A DNA stretch of 64,000 nt from IMG/VR virus record IMGVR_UViG_3300025840_003125; one strand, written 5' to 3'. Shown piece after piece: positions 19,703 to 28,500 of this stretch. The first letter of the stretch is position 1. Each line of letters starts with the position of its first letter. The translations under genes and the position numbers were made by a program. Under the pieces are notes generated by a model that saw only the letters and a program-made list of their open reading frames with translations, did not search any database and was not told the DNA's origin. The stretch comes from a virus.

Positions 19703-21166
19703 ATGCAAAACATCATAGTTGACAAGGTCAATGACGTGTACCTACGTATTGACGCAGACGCAAGCATCCGTAGAGAGTTATCAGATTATTTCTCGTTTGA
19801 AGTACCTGGTTACAAGTTTACACCTCAATTTCGTAATAGAGTTTGGGATGGTAAAATACGGTTATACTCGTATGCTACAGGTCAATTATATGTTGGATTA
19901 TATCCTTATCTAAAAGACTGGTGTAAGAAGAAAGATGTACATATAGTCGAATCTAGTGAAATCCTTGCACATAGCAACGTCACAGCCGCCGATATAGACG
20001 GCTTAATCAAGTCTTACGATCTGTCTATCACTCCGAGGGACTATCAAATTAAGGCTTTTAAGTTTGCATTAGAATATGAAAGAGGTCTAGTTTTATCTCC
20101 GACTGCCTCTGGTAAATCACTTATTATATACATGCTTGTCAGGCACTATATGAATATGATAAACAACAATATTCTAATCATTGTGCCAACAACATCATTA
20201 GTAGAACAATTATACAAAGATTTTAAAGACTATGGTTTTGATGTAGAAACAAATGTCAGTAGAAAATATCATGGTTATGATATAGATGAAGATAAACGTA
20301 TAGTAGTATCAACATGGCAATCACTATACAAAATGCCTAAACAATTTTTTGAAGACTATGGTGCAGTTATAGGTGACGAGGCACACTTATTTAAGGCTGT
20401 ATCATTGACAAAGATAATGACTAAACTAACAGATTGTAAATATAGAATAGGTCTTACAGGTACGTTAGATGATAGTAAAACACACAAGTTAGTATTGACA
20501 GGTCTATTTGGTATGGTCAACAAGGTTGTATCTACTTCAGAATTGATTGAAAGAAAACAACTTGCAAATCTAAAAATAAAATGTCTGAACTTAAAGTATC
20601 CTGAAACAGAAGCTAAAAAAGTATATGGTGTAAAATACTTTGAAGAACTAGAATACTTAACTCAAAATAATGCTCGTAATAAATACATACGAAATCTAAC
20701 CTTAGCACTTAATGGTAATACATTGTGTCTATTTCAACTTGTTGAAAAACACGGAGAGATTTTATATAAATTAATTAAAGAAAAAGTAGACCCAAAGCGA
20801 AAAGTGTTTTTCGTTTATGGGGGAACTGAAACAAATGATAGAGAAAAAATCAGAGCCATTACAGAAAAGTCGGATAACGCAATTATTATCGCTTCTTTCG
20901 GCACCTTTAGCACTGGTATCAATATTCGTAATTTACACAATATTGTTTTTAGTAGCCCTAGTAAATCACCTATAAGAATATTACAATCTATAGGACGTGG
21001 GCTTCGTGTCGGCGATAAGAAACAGTCTGCTACAGTCTATGATATTTCAGACGACCTTACATACAAAGATAAAAAGAACTTCACATTAACACACTTTCAG
21101 GAAAGAGTTAACATCTATAATAGAGAAGGCTTTGACTATGAAATACACAGCGTGGATTTAAAATGA
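19703..21166 (+). CDS. uvsW: DNA helicase UvsW
   Basis: WDGKIRL, SPTASGKS, DEAH, QSIGRGLR motifs. Confidence 0.95.
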   Translation: MQNIIVDKVNDVYLRIDADASIRRELSDYFSFEVPGYKFTPQFRNRVWDGKIRLYSYATGQLYVGLYPYLKDWCKKKDVHIVESSEILAHSNVTAADIDGLIKSYDLSITPRDYQIKAFKFALEYERGLVLSPTASGKSLIIYMLVRHYMNMINNNILIIVPTTSLVEQLYKDFKDYGFDVETNVSRKYHGYDIDEDKRIVVSTWQSLYKMPKQFFEDYGAVIGDEAHLFKAVSLTKIMTKLTDCKYRIGLTGTLDDSKTHKLVLTGLFGMVNKVVSTSELIERKQLANLKIKCLNLKYPETEAKKVYGVKYFEELEYLTQNNARNKYIRNLTLALNGNTLCLFQLVEKHGEILYKLIKEKVDPKRKVFFVYGGTETNDREKIRAITEKSDNAIIIASFGTFSTGINIRNLHNIVFSSPSKSPIRILQSIGRGLRVGDKKQSATVYDISDDLTYKDKKNFTLTHFQERVNIYNREGFDYEIHSVDLK

Positions 21167-21624
21167 TTTCAGACGAAGACTTTAAGTTTTTATTACAAGA
21201 AAGCAATGGCTGTAAAAAGGCATTAGAGATAGGTACAGGTACGGGCAAAAGTTCCGCAGCTTTAAAACTAAATTGTGAGGTGTACTCCATTGACAGAAAC
21301 GATATATTTGAATATAATATAGATATAAACAGATTTATATGTGAAAGCAAAGATTATTGGAATGACTATCTACATTATGACTTTGATTTTGTTTTCATTG
21401 ATGGCTCTATAGGTAAAGGTGATTGTGAAGAAATACTTAAACGTACAAAGGACTCTTTTAAAATTGTATTCCATGATTACATACCAGGTGAAAAAGATAA
21501 GAATACAAACAAAGGTTATTATAATATGAAGGCTTTTAAACAATGTGCTATAGAACAATACGATATAATTCAACATACTGGCGGCTCTCATTGTGCCATA
21601 CTAACGCTTAAGAAAGATAAATAG
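21163..21624 (+). CDS. Class I SAM-dependent methyltransferase (small-molecule type)
   Basis: LEIGTGTGKS, FDFVFIDG, IVFHD motifs. Confidence 0.75.
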   Translation: MISDEDFKFLLQESNGCKKALEIGTGTGKSSAALKLNCEVYSIDRNDIFEYNIDINRFICESKDYWNDYLHYDFDFVFIDGSIGKGDCEEILKRTKDSFKIVFHDYIPGEKDKNTNKGYYNMKAFKQCAIEQYDIIQHTGGSHCAILTLKKDK

Positions 21625-21628
21625 TTAT

Positions 21629-22096
21629 ATGATTAATCGTACTGAAGATAAACAGGTTAAGATAATCAGACTGGTTTCTGGAGAGGAAATCTGTTGTAAG
21701 TTTCCTTTACATAAAAATCAACTACCTGAAAACTCTAAACTATTAAGGTTACAAGAACCTATGCTAATCAAATACGTACCTCGTATTACTGAACAAGGTA
21801 TATCTGATTATATTGCACTAGTAAAATGGGTTGGTTTTACAGATGAGAAAATAGTTACTATTCCTGTTGATAAAATTATTACAATATGCAATGCCACACC
21901 AGCATTTACTAAAAGATATAGTGATCTTTCACACTCACTAGAACACGCAAAACAGGCCTTACCAGGATTTATTGAAAGAGAAATGTCGGAAGAGGAGTTA
22001 GATAACGCCGCTTCCAATTATGAGAATGATATAACAAAAGATGATATAAAAGAAGTCGCTGACTTACTTAAAATGCCTTCAAAGAAGTTGCACTAG
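21629..22096 (+). CDS. Conserved hypothetical protein, possible Sm-like fold
   Basis: IIRLVSGEEIC start resembles 37117..37413; GATAAATA late-type box at 21616-21623. Confidence 0.6.
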   Translation: MINRTEDKQVKIIRLVSGEEICCKFPLHKNQLPENSKLLRLQEPMLIKYVPRITEQGISDYIALVKWVGFTDEKIVTIPVDKIITICNATPAFTKRYSDLSHSLEHAKQALPGFIEREMSEEELDNAASNYENDITKDDIKEVADLLKMPSKKLH

Positions 22097-22134
22097 AGGG
22101 TAGCTAGGTATTCTCGGTAACAACCCACATGGGT

Positions 22135-22163
22135 ATTATAACAACAGAATTAGATTATGTCAA
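22135..22163 (-). promoter_or_regulatory. Consensus sigma70 promoter on the antisense strand
   Basis: Minus strand reads TTGACA-N17-TATAAT. Confidence 0.7.
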
Positions 22164-22169
22164 GCACCA

Positions 22170-22415
22170 ATGAAGATTAGATTTTACAAAAGACTAGATG
22201 GCATGAGATGGCTGGGTTTCATACTCGCTATGATAGGTGCCTACATACTCTCAAATGCAGACCCTAACACACAATGGGTGGGTTGGGCAATTGCTACAGT
22301 ATCCTGTACAATATGGATATACATGGGCATAAAAGATAAAGATATACCTAGAGCATTAATGGAACTTATGTATTTACTGCTTGCTTTAAGAGCAATATAT
22401 AACTGGATGATGTGA
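22170..22415 (+). CDS. Small 3-TM membrane protein
   Basis: Three hydrophobic segments in 81 aa. Confidence 0.65.
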   Translation: MKIRFYKRLDGMRWLGFILAMIGAYILSNADPNTQWVGWAIATVSCTIWIYMGIKDKDIPRALMELMYLLLALRAIYNWMM

Positions 22416-22422
22416 TAGGTCC

Positions 22423-22450
22423 TTGACAATAACAAAGAATGTGATATAAT
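22423..22450 (+). promoter_or_regulatory. Sigma70 promoter for gp55 (probably leaderless mRNA)
   Basis: TTGACA-N16-TATAAT with extended TGn; ATG 6 nt downstream. Confidence 0.8.
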
Positions 22451-22456
22451 TAAACT

Positions 22457-23005
22457 ATGACTAAAACTAGAAAAAGATCAGCACATTATGTAGATAACAA
22501 AAAGTTTCTACAGGCGATGATAGAGTATAAGGATAAGTGTGATAAGGCAGAAAAAAGAAAAAGAAAAGCACCACCTGTCACTAATTACATAGGTGAATGT
22601 TTTTTAAAGATTGCGAATCACTTATCTTACAGACCTAATTTTATTAACTATACATTTAGAGATGATATGATTTCTGATGGTATAGAAAACTGTTTACAAT
22701 ATCTTAAAAACTTTAATCCTGCAAAGTCTAATAATCCTTTTGCTTACTTTACGCAAATAATATATTATGCTTTTATTAGAAGAATACAGAAAGAGAAAAA
22801 ACAAACTAACATTAAATATAAAATGATAGAACAAGGAGGTATAGATGAATTTTCTGTACTACCTGGTGATACAAACAACGATTACAAAAACCAGTTTTTA
22901 GAATTTTTAAGAAAGAATAAACCATCAACTGAAGAACCACAAAAGAACGAAATTAAAATAAAGAAAAGAAAAAAAAGAACCTATACAAGTGTTTTAGACG
23001 TATAA
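22457..23005 (+). CDS. gp55: Late-transcription sigma factor gp55
   Basis: HYVDNKKF, YIGECFLKIA, DMISDGIENC, NPFAYFTQI motifs. Confidence 0.96.
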   Translation: MTKTRKRSAHYVDNKKFLQAMIEYKDKCDKAEKRKRKAPPVTNYIGECFLKIANHLSYRPNFINYTFRDDMISDGIENCLQYLKNFNPAKSNNPFAYFTQIIYYAFIRRIQKEKKQTNIKYKMIEQGGIDEFSVLPGDTNNDYKNQFLEFLRKNKPSTEEPQKNEIKIKKRKKRTYTSVLDV

Positions 23006-24072
23006 TGAAGATCGCACTATTGAATGATACACACTTCGGTGTTCGTAATGACAGCGAAGCGTTTAGAAAATATCAGCTTAGATTTTATAATGAAATCTTT
23101 TTTCCATACCTAAAAGAAAACAATATTAATACATTGGTACATTTAGGTGATGTTGTAGATAGAAGAAAGTTTATTAACTTTCAAACTGCTTCTATTTTTA
23201 GAGAACAATTTTGGGATAGATTATATAAAGAAAAGATTGATACACATATCATTATAGGTAACCACGATACCTATTTTAAAAATACAAACAACGTAAATGC
23301 TATAGAAAATCTATACTCATCATTTGATAAAGTACACGAACCATTTATCTATACTAAATCAACTGTTGTAGAGTTTGATGGTACACCTATATTATTTGTA
23401 CCTTGGATTTGTGATGACAACTACGATCACTCTATGGAAACGTTAAGAACAGCAAAAGCAGAAATTGTAATGGGCCATTTAGAAGTCAAAGGTGTAGAAA
23501 TGCAAAATGGCGTAATCAATGAACACGGTTTATCAAAATCAGATTTTAGTAGATATGATAGAGTAATATCAGGACACTTTCATAAACATACAGATGATGG
23601 TCAGATACACTACAATGGTGCTCAATATGAGATGACATGGTCAGATTACCAAGACCCTAAAGGTTTTCATATCTTTGATACAGAAACAAGAGAAATAGAA
23701 AGAGTTATTAACCCTCTAACTATACACAAAAAGATAATATATGATGATAAAAAACATGACTATAAAAATTTTGACATACAACCATACAACGAACACTTTA
23801 TTAAATTAATCGTTTTACAGAAAACAGATAACGAGCTATTTGACAAATTTGTAGAAAGGTTGTATAATGAGATAAGTGTACATGATTTAAATATTGTAGA
23901 GGATTATTCTGATATTAAAGCTAGCGTAAGAGAAGACATATTAGAAATGGGCGAAGATACAGTTACATTCCTAAATAATTATGTAGATCAATTAGAAACA
24001 GATATAAACAAAACAAAGTTAAAGGAATACTTAAAGTCAATTTACATAGAAGCTAACGACAACAACGTATGA
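23005..24072 (+). CDS. gp47: Recombination endonuclease gp47 (Mre11/SbcD-like)
   Basis: DTHFG, GDVVD, GNHD, GHFH metallophosphoesterase motifs. Confidence 0.95.
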   Translation: MKIALLNDTHFGVRNDSEAFRKYQLRFYNEIFFPYLKENNINTLVHLGDVVDRRKFINFQTASIFREQFWDRLYKEKIDTHIIIGNHDTYFKNTNNVNAIENLYSSFDKVHEPFIYTKSTVVEFDGTPILFVPWICDDNYDHSMETLRTAKAEIVMGHLEVKGVEMQNGVINEHGLSKSDFSRYDRVISGHFHKHTDDGQIHYNGAQYEMTWSDYQDPKGFHIFDTETREIERVINPLTIHKKIIYDDKKHDYKNFDIQPYNEHFIKLIVLQKTDNELFDKFVERLYNEISVHDLNIVEDYSDIKASVREDILEMGEDTVTFLNNYVDQLETDINKTKLKEYLKSIYIEANDNNV

Positions 24073-25781
24073 TATATTTTAAAAAATTAAGATGGCGTAA
24101 CTTTCTATCTACAGGTAATCAATTTATAGAAGTAGATTTAAGAAAGGCACCATCAACATTAATTATTGGTATGAACGGTGCAGGTAAATCAACTTTACTT
24201 GACGCATTATGTTTTGCTTTGTTTAATCGTGCCTTTAGAGATATAAAGAAAGAACAACTTGTAAATACTATCAATCAAAATGATTGTGAAATAGAAGTAG
24301 AATTTGAAACAAGCAACAAACAATACAAAGTAGTAAGAGGTATTAAACCTAATAAGTTTGAAGTTTATTGTAATGACGTATTGTTAAACCAAGACGCTTC
24401 TAATTTAGATTATCAAAATGCTTTAGAACAAACCATTTTAAAATGTAACTATCGTGCTTTCTGCCAGGTGGTCATCCTTGGATCAACATCATACGAACCA
24501 TTTATGCACTTACGAGCAAGATATAGACGAGAGGTTGTAGAAGAAATATTAGACATAAGAGTATTCTCACATATGGATTTATTGTTAAGACAGAAACAAG
24601 GTGAGTTAAGTAAGGCTGTTATTGATGTAAAACATAGATATGATTTGATGACAGAAAAATACGAATTACAAAAGGCTCATTTTGAACAAATACAAAATAG
24701 AGATAATACAGATATAGAAGACCGTAGAAAACAACTAAAAGAAAACGAGCAAAGTAATTATGAATATAATCAAAAGTTACAAACACTAAACGAAAAAATT
24801 ATATCCACAAAAGCAGAGATATGGGGTAGTGAAAAAGTACTTAAAAAAGAAAAAGAATTAGATAAGTTAGAAACAAAGATAGAACATAATTTAGAAACAC
24901 ATAAAAAAGATGTTAGTTTTTTTGAAACAAATGACAACTGTCCTACGTGTACACAACCTATCAATGAAAGATTCAAACAAACAAAAATTTACGAAGGTAG
25001 AAAAAAGATTAGCGAACTAGAAGACGGATTGCAGAAACTAACGGCCGAGATGGGGAAAACACAAGAACAAATTAAACAATACAAAGCAGTAGAAAAAAGA
25101 TTAAATGATTTAGATATATCTGTTGCAAAAGTAAATACATCCATTTCAGAAATCAATAGACACTCAAATAGATTAGATACAGAAATTGCTAAATTTGAAA
25201 ATGCTGATACTAATACAAACGTTATACAAAAAGAATTAGAACAAATAAAAGAAGACTTAAAATTAGTAAACGTAGAAAAACAAAAGGCTGTAGAAGAAAA
25301 AAAATATATTGATATTGCTAGAGAAATATTAAATGACACAGGTGTTAAGGCAAACATTATTAAGAAGTATCTGCCAATAATGAATAATTTAATTAATAAG
25401 TACTTACAATCTATGGACTTCTTTGTTAACTTTGAACTAGATGAAGAATTTAACGAAACAATAAAAAGTAGATATAGAGATACGTTTAATTATAATAGTT
25501 TTAGTGAAGGTGAGAAATTAAGAATAGACCTTGCGTTATTATTTACATGGCGTACAATTGCTAAAATGAAAAATAGTACAAATACAAATCTATTAATACT
25601 AGATGAAATATTTGATAGTAGTTTAGATGGTCAAGGTACCGAAGACTTCTTTAAAATACTTAAAACATTAACAAATGAAAATACATTTATTATATCTCAC
25701 AAAGGCGATATACTATTTGATAAATTTACAAATATAATTAAGTTTGAAAAATACAAAAACTTTACAAGGATAGCAGCATGA
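24069..25781 (+). CDS. gp46: Recombination ATPase gp46 (Rad50/SbcC-like)
   Basis: NGAGKST, CPTC zinc hook, FSEGE, LDEIFD motifs. Confidence 0.96.
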   Translation: MIYFKKLRWRNFLSTGNQFIEVDLRKAPSTLIIGMNGAGKSTLLDALCFALFNRAFRDIKKEQLVNTINQNDCEIEVEFETSNKQYKVVRGIKPNKFEVYCNDVLLNQDASNLDYQNALEQTILKCNYRAFCQVVILGSTSYEPFMHLRARYRREVVEEILDIRVFSHMDLLLRQKQGELSKAVIDVKHRYDLMTEKYELQKAHFEQIQNRDNTDIEDRRKQLKENEQSNYEYNQKLQTLNEKIISTKAEIWGSEKVLKKEKELDKLETKIEHNLETHKKDVSFFETNDNCPTCTQPINERFKQTKIYEGRKKISELEDGLQKLTAEMGKTQEQIKQYKAVEKRLNDLDISVAKVNTSISEINRHSNRLDTEIAKFENADTNTNVIQKELEQIKEDLKLVNVEKQKAVEEKKYIDIAREILNDTGVKANIIKKYLPIMNNLINKYLQSMDFFVNFELDEEFNETIKSRYRDTFNYNSFSEGEKLRIDLALLFTWRTIAKMKNSTNTNLLILDEIFDSSLDGQGTEDFFKILKTLTNENTFIISHKGDILFDKFTNIIKFEKYKNFTRIAA

Positions 25782-26326
25782 TATACACATTGTTACCACC
25801 AACAGCACCAGAGGTACTATCATCAATAGCACCGTTTGATATAGACACATTTAAAAAACAAGAAAAGATAAGTGTTACAGAATTTTGTAACAACATGTTT
25901 GAAACAATGAAAAACTATGGTGGTATAGGTCTATCAGCAAATCAAGTAGGCAAACCATATCGTATGTTTGTAATGGGTGATAATTTAAATATAAACAAAG
26001 GTCAGAAATGGGTATGTATCAATCCTGAAATTACAGACATGAGTAAAGAAACGATTAGATACAAAGAAGGTTGTTTAACTTTTCCTTTCTTATTTTTAGA
26101 TATAGAAAGACCACAAAAAATAAAAGTTAAATACTTAAATGAACAACTAGAAACAGTAGAAGAACATTTTGATGGCATTGTAAGTAGATGTTATCAACAC
26201 GAATTAGACCATATGCAAGGAACAGTATTTACAGAATTAGTTAGTAAATTAAAATTAAATATGGCTCTAAAAAAGAGAGATAAAGAAATAAAAAGGGTTA
26301 CAAAGTTATGGAAAGAAAAATCTTAA
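25778..26326 (+). CDS. def: Peptide deformylase
   Basis: GIGLSANQVG, EGCLT, QHELDH motifs. Confidence 0.95.
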   Translation: MIYTLLPPTAPEVLSSIAPFDIDTFKKQEKISVTEFCNNMFETMKNYGGIGLSANQVGKPYRMFVMGDNLNINKGQKWVCINPEITDMSKETIRYKEGCLTFPFLFLDIERPQKIKVKYLNEQLETVEEHFDGIVSRCYQHELDHMQGTVFTELVSKLKLNMALKKRDKEIKRVTKLWKEKS

Positions 26327-26949
26327 AACAATTAGACCTACCTGAATATACACAACCACTTAATAGTGTTATAGAGTTTTTAGATAACTTAACGTATTCA
26401 GCAGTAAAAACAAAATACAACGCAAAAGGTAATTGGGATGCTGTATCAATCAGAGGATATAGTGACGATATAGGTAACATTTTAAAACCAGGTGTTCTAA
26501 AATCAGATGTAAAACCAGCAGAATTAAGATGGACTAAACTATATGAAGAACCTTTTTTATTACCTTTAAAAGAAATACTATCACATATACCAGCAGAGTT
26601 TGAACGTGTAAGAATTATGCGATTAAAAGCAGGTACAGATATTAAGAAACATACAGATAAGGTAGATAAAGAAATTAAAGCAGGTAAAATTGTTAGATTA
26701 CATGTACCATTAAGAACAAACGAACATGTACATTTTTACCTATGGGAAGGCAAGAAACAAAATCATTATAATTTAGATGTTGGTAAATACTACTATGTAG
26801 ATGTATCTAAAGCACATGCCGTACAAAATAAAGCAATTTTTGATAGACTACATTTAGTAGTAGATTGTTATAATAATCCTAGATTAGAAAACTTACTAAA
26901 ACAAGGAGATGAAGTAGAAGATGATATTTGCAGTCCCATCGGATTTTGA
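26308..26949 (+). CDS. Aspartyl/asparaginyl beta-hydroxylase-like 2OG-Fe(II) dioxygenase
   Basis: HTD, RLHVPL, HAVQN, RLHLVVD motifs. Confidence 0.8.
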   Translation: MERKILKQLDLPEYTQPLNSVIEFLDNLTYSAVKTKYNAKGNWDAVSIRGYSDDIGNILKPGVLKSDVKPAELRWTKLYEEPFLLPLKEILSHIPAEFERVRIMRLKAGTDIKKHTDKVDKEIKAGKIVRLHVPLRTNEHVHFYLWEGKKQNHYNLDVGKYYYVDVSKAHAVQNKAIFDRLHLVVDCYNNPRLENLLKQGDEVEDDICSPIGF

Positions 26950-27355
26950 TAAAGTAAAATCTATATTCTATAGTCACAAAAAGTGGTTTCCTCATGTACG
27001 TACAGACTACATGAAGCGTATGATCGCTAATAAAAAACTAATTTTAGAAGACGGCATACTTATAACATTTCATCATTGTAAAAGAAAACAAAAGATAGGT
27101 GATGTACAATTAACAGTAGGCGATACTGTATTACACCAGATTGCGTCAGATACGCCTGGCTCTGGTAATGCTCAATCAATTCTCAATAACTTCTTTGAAT
27201 ACTGCCCAAAAGACGTATTTTTATCAGTAAGAGCTGACAACTTGACAGCCAACAAGTTTTATGTTAAAATGAATATGAAATTAATCGGGACAACAAGTTG
27301 GGCAAAAGGCACAATCCCTGGTAACGTATATGTCAAACGCAAAAGAAGTAATTAA
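26921..27355 (+). CDS. GNAT-family acetyltransferase-like protein
   Basis: LHQIA..PGSG.A and LSVRADNLTANKFYVK motifs. Confidence 0.7.
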   Translation: MIFAVPSDFDKVKSIFYSHKKWFPHVRTDYMKRMIANKKLILEDGILITFHHCKRKQKIGDVQLTVGDTVLHQIASDTPGSGNAQSILNNFFEYCPKDVFLSVRADNLTANKFYVKMNMKLIGTTSWAKGTIPGNVYVKRKRSN

Positions 27356-28409
27356 AGACTGGAAAGAAAACAAAGGATTCCCATACTATCCTGAAGATAG
27401 AAAATGGCGTGATGATGAGTTTAATAAACTTACGTCATTTAATAGAGATACCTTATTAGATACAAAGAATAAAATCATAGGTCAATCAACACATGGTTTA
27501 ACACTTGCATGGTCGTATATGCACCACGCATGGTCAATCAAATGTGGTAAGATGAAGACACCTATGGAGATATGGGAAGATGAAGAACATTTAGAAAAAG
27601 GTATTAACAAGATACTTACAGGTACTTTCTTCACAAAACGAGAAGCACACAAAATTACAGATTCAGATATGAGAGCTATGTTAAGAAGATATAGTGGTAC
27701 TCAAATGGTTTCTAATTTCAGACCTACAGCAGCCGCAACTTTATATGATATATTTGTAGAAAAAGATAGTCCACTAGAGGGTACAGAAGCAGGTACAGTT
27801 TGGGATCCTAGTATGGGTTATGGTGGTCGTTTAATGGGTGCAATTGCAGCTGGGGTAAATTACATAGGCACAGACCCTTGTGTTCCTACATACGCAGGTT
27901 TAGAAAAGATAAGAGATGATTATGGACACTCTCACAAAAAATATACATTATTAAAACAAGGATCAGAAACGTTTGTACCTGATATGAATAGTTTAGATTT
28001 TGTATTTACATCACCACCTTATTTAGGACATGAACAATATGGTGATGAAGAAGAACAATCATTTAATAAATTCCCACAACAAGATCAATGGCGTGATGGT
28101 TTCTTATTGCAAACTATTAAGAACGCATACACAGGTTTAAAACCAGGTAAATATGCAGGTTTCAATGTTGCAAATGTAAAATCATATAAGACCTTTGAAG
28201 AAGATACCTACGATTGTATGGTTGAGGCAGGTTTTGAAGATATACAAGTTTGGTGGTTATCTTTATCAACTCAACAAGGTACGAAGATACAATCTACACT
28301 AGAAGGCACAGAATCAGAAAAGAAACAATCACAGAATTATATAGGACGATTCGCAAGACCAGACATTCCAGGTAGAAAATACGAGCCAATCTTCATAGGA
28401 CGTAAGTAA
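27330..28409 (+). CDS. Amino-type (m4C/m6A) DNA methyltransferase-like protein
   Basis: DPSMGYGGR SAM motif, YIGTDP, catalytic FTSPPY. Confidence 0.8.
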   Translation: MSNAKEVIKDWKENKGFPYYPEDRKWRDDEFNKLTSFNRDTLLDTKNKIIGQSTHGLTLAWSYMHHAWSIKCGKMKTPMEIWEDEEHLEKGINKILTGTFFTKREAHKITDSDMRAMLRRYSGTQMVSNFRPTAAATLYDIFVEKDSPLEGTEAGTVWDPSMGYGGRLMGAIAAGVNYIGTDPCVPTYAGLEKIRDDYGHSHKKYTLLKQGSETFVPDMNSLDFVFTSPPYLGHEQYGDEEEQSFNKFPQQDQWRDGFLLQTIKNAYTGLKPGKYAGFNVANVKSYKTFEEDTYDCMVEAGFEDIQVWWLSLSTQQGTKIQSTLEGTESEKKQSQNYIGRFARPDIPGRKYEPIFIGRK

Positions 28410-28419
28410 ATTCCAAATT

Positions 28420-28434
28420 GTTCTCGTTTTGTTC
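28420..28434 (+). promoter_or_regulatory. Putative alphaproteobacterial LexA-type box
   Basis: GTTC-TCGTTTT-GTTC matches GTTC-N7-GTTC. Confidence 0.45.
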
Positions 28435-28469
28435 TCATTTATACCACGTATTTACTAGGTTTTTAACGC

Positions 28470-28498
28470 TTGACTTTTAAAGCGTTTTAGTATAGCAT
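28470..28498 (+). promoter_or_regulatory. Early sigma70-type promoter
   Basis: TTGACT-N17-TAGCAT; shares CGCTTGACTTTTA...TAGCATA with the 30658 promoter. Confidence 0.7.
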
Positions 28499-28500
28499 AA

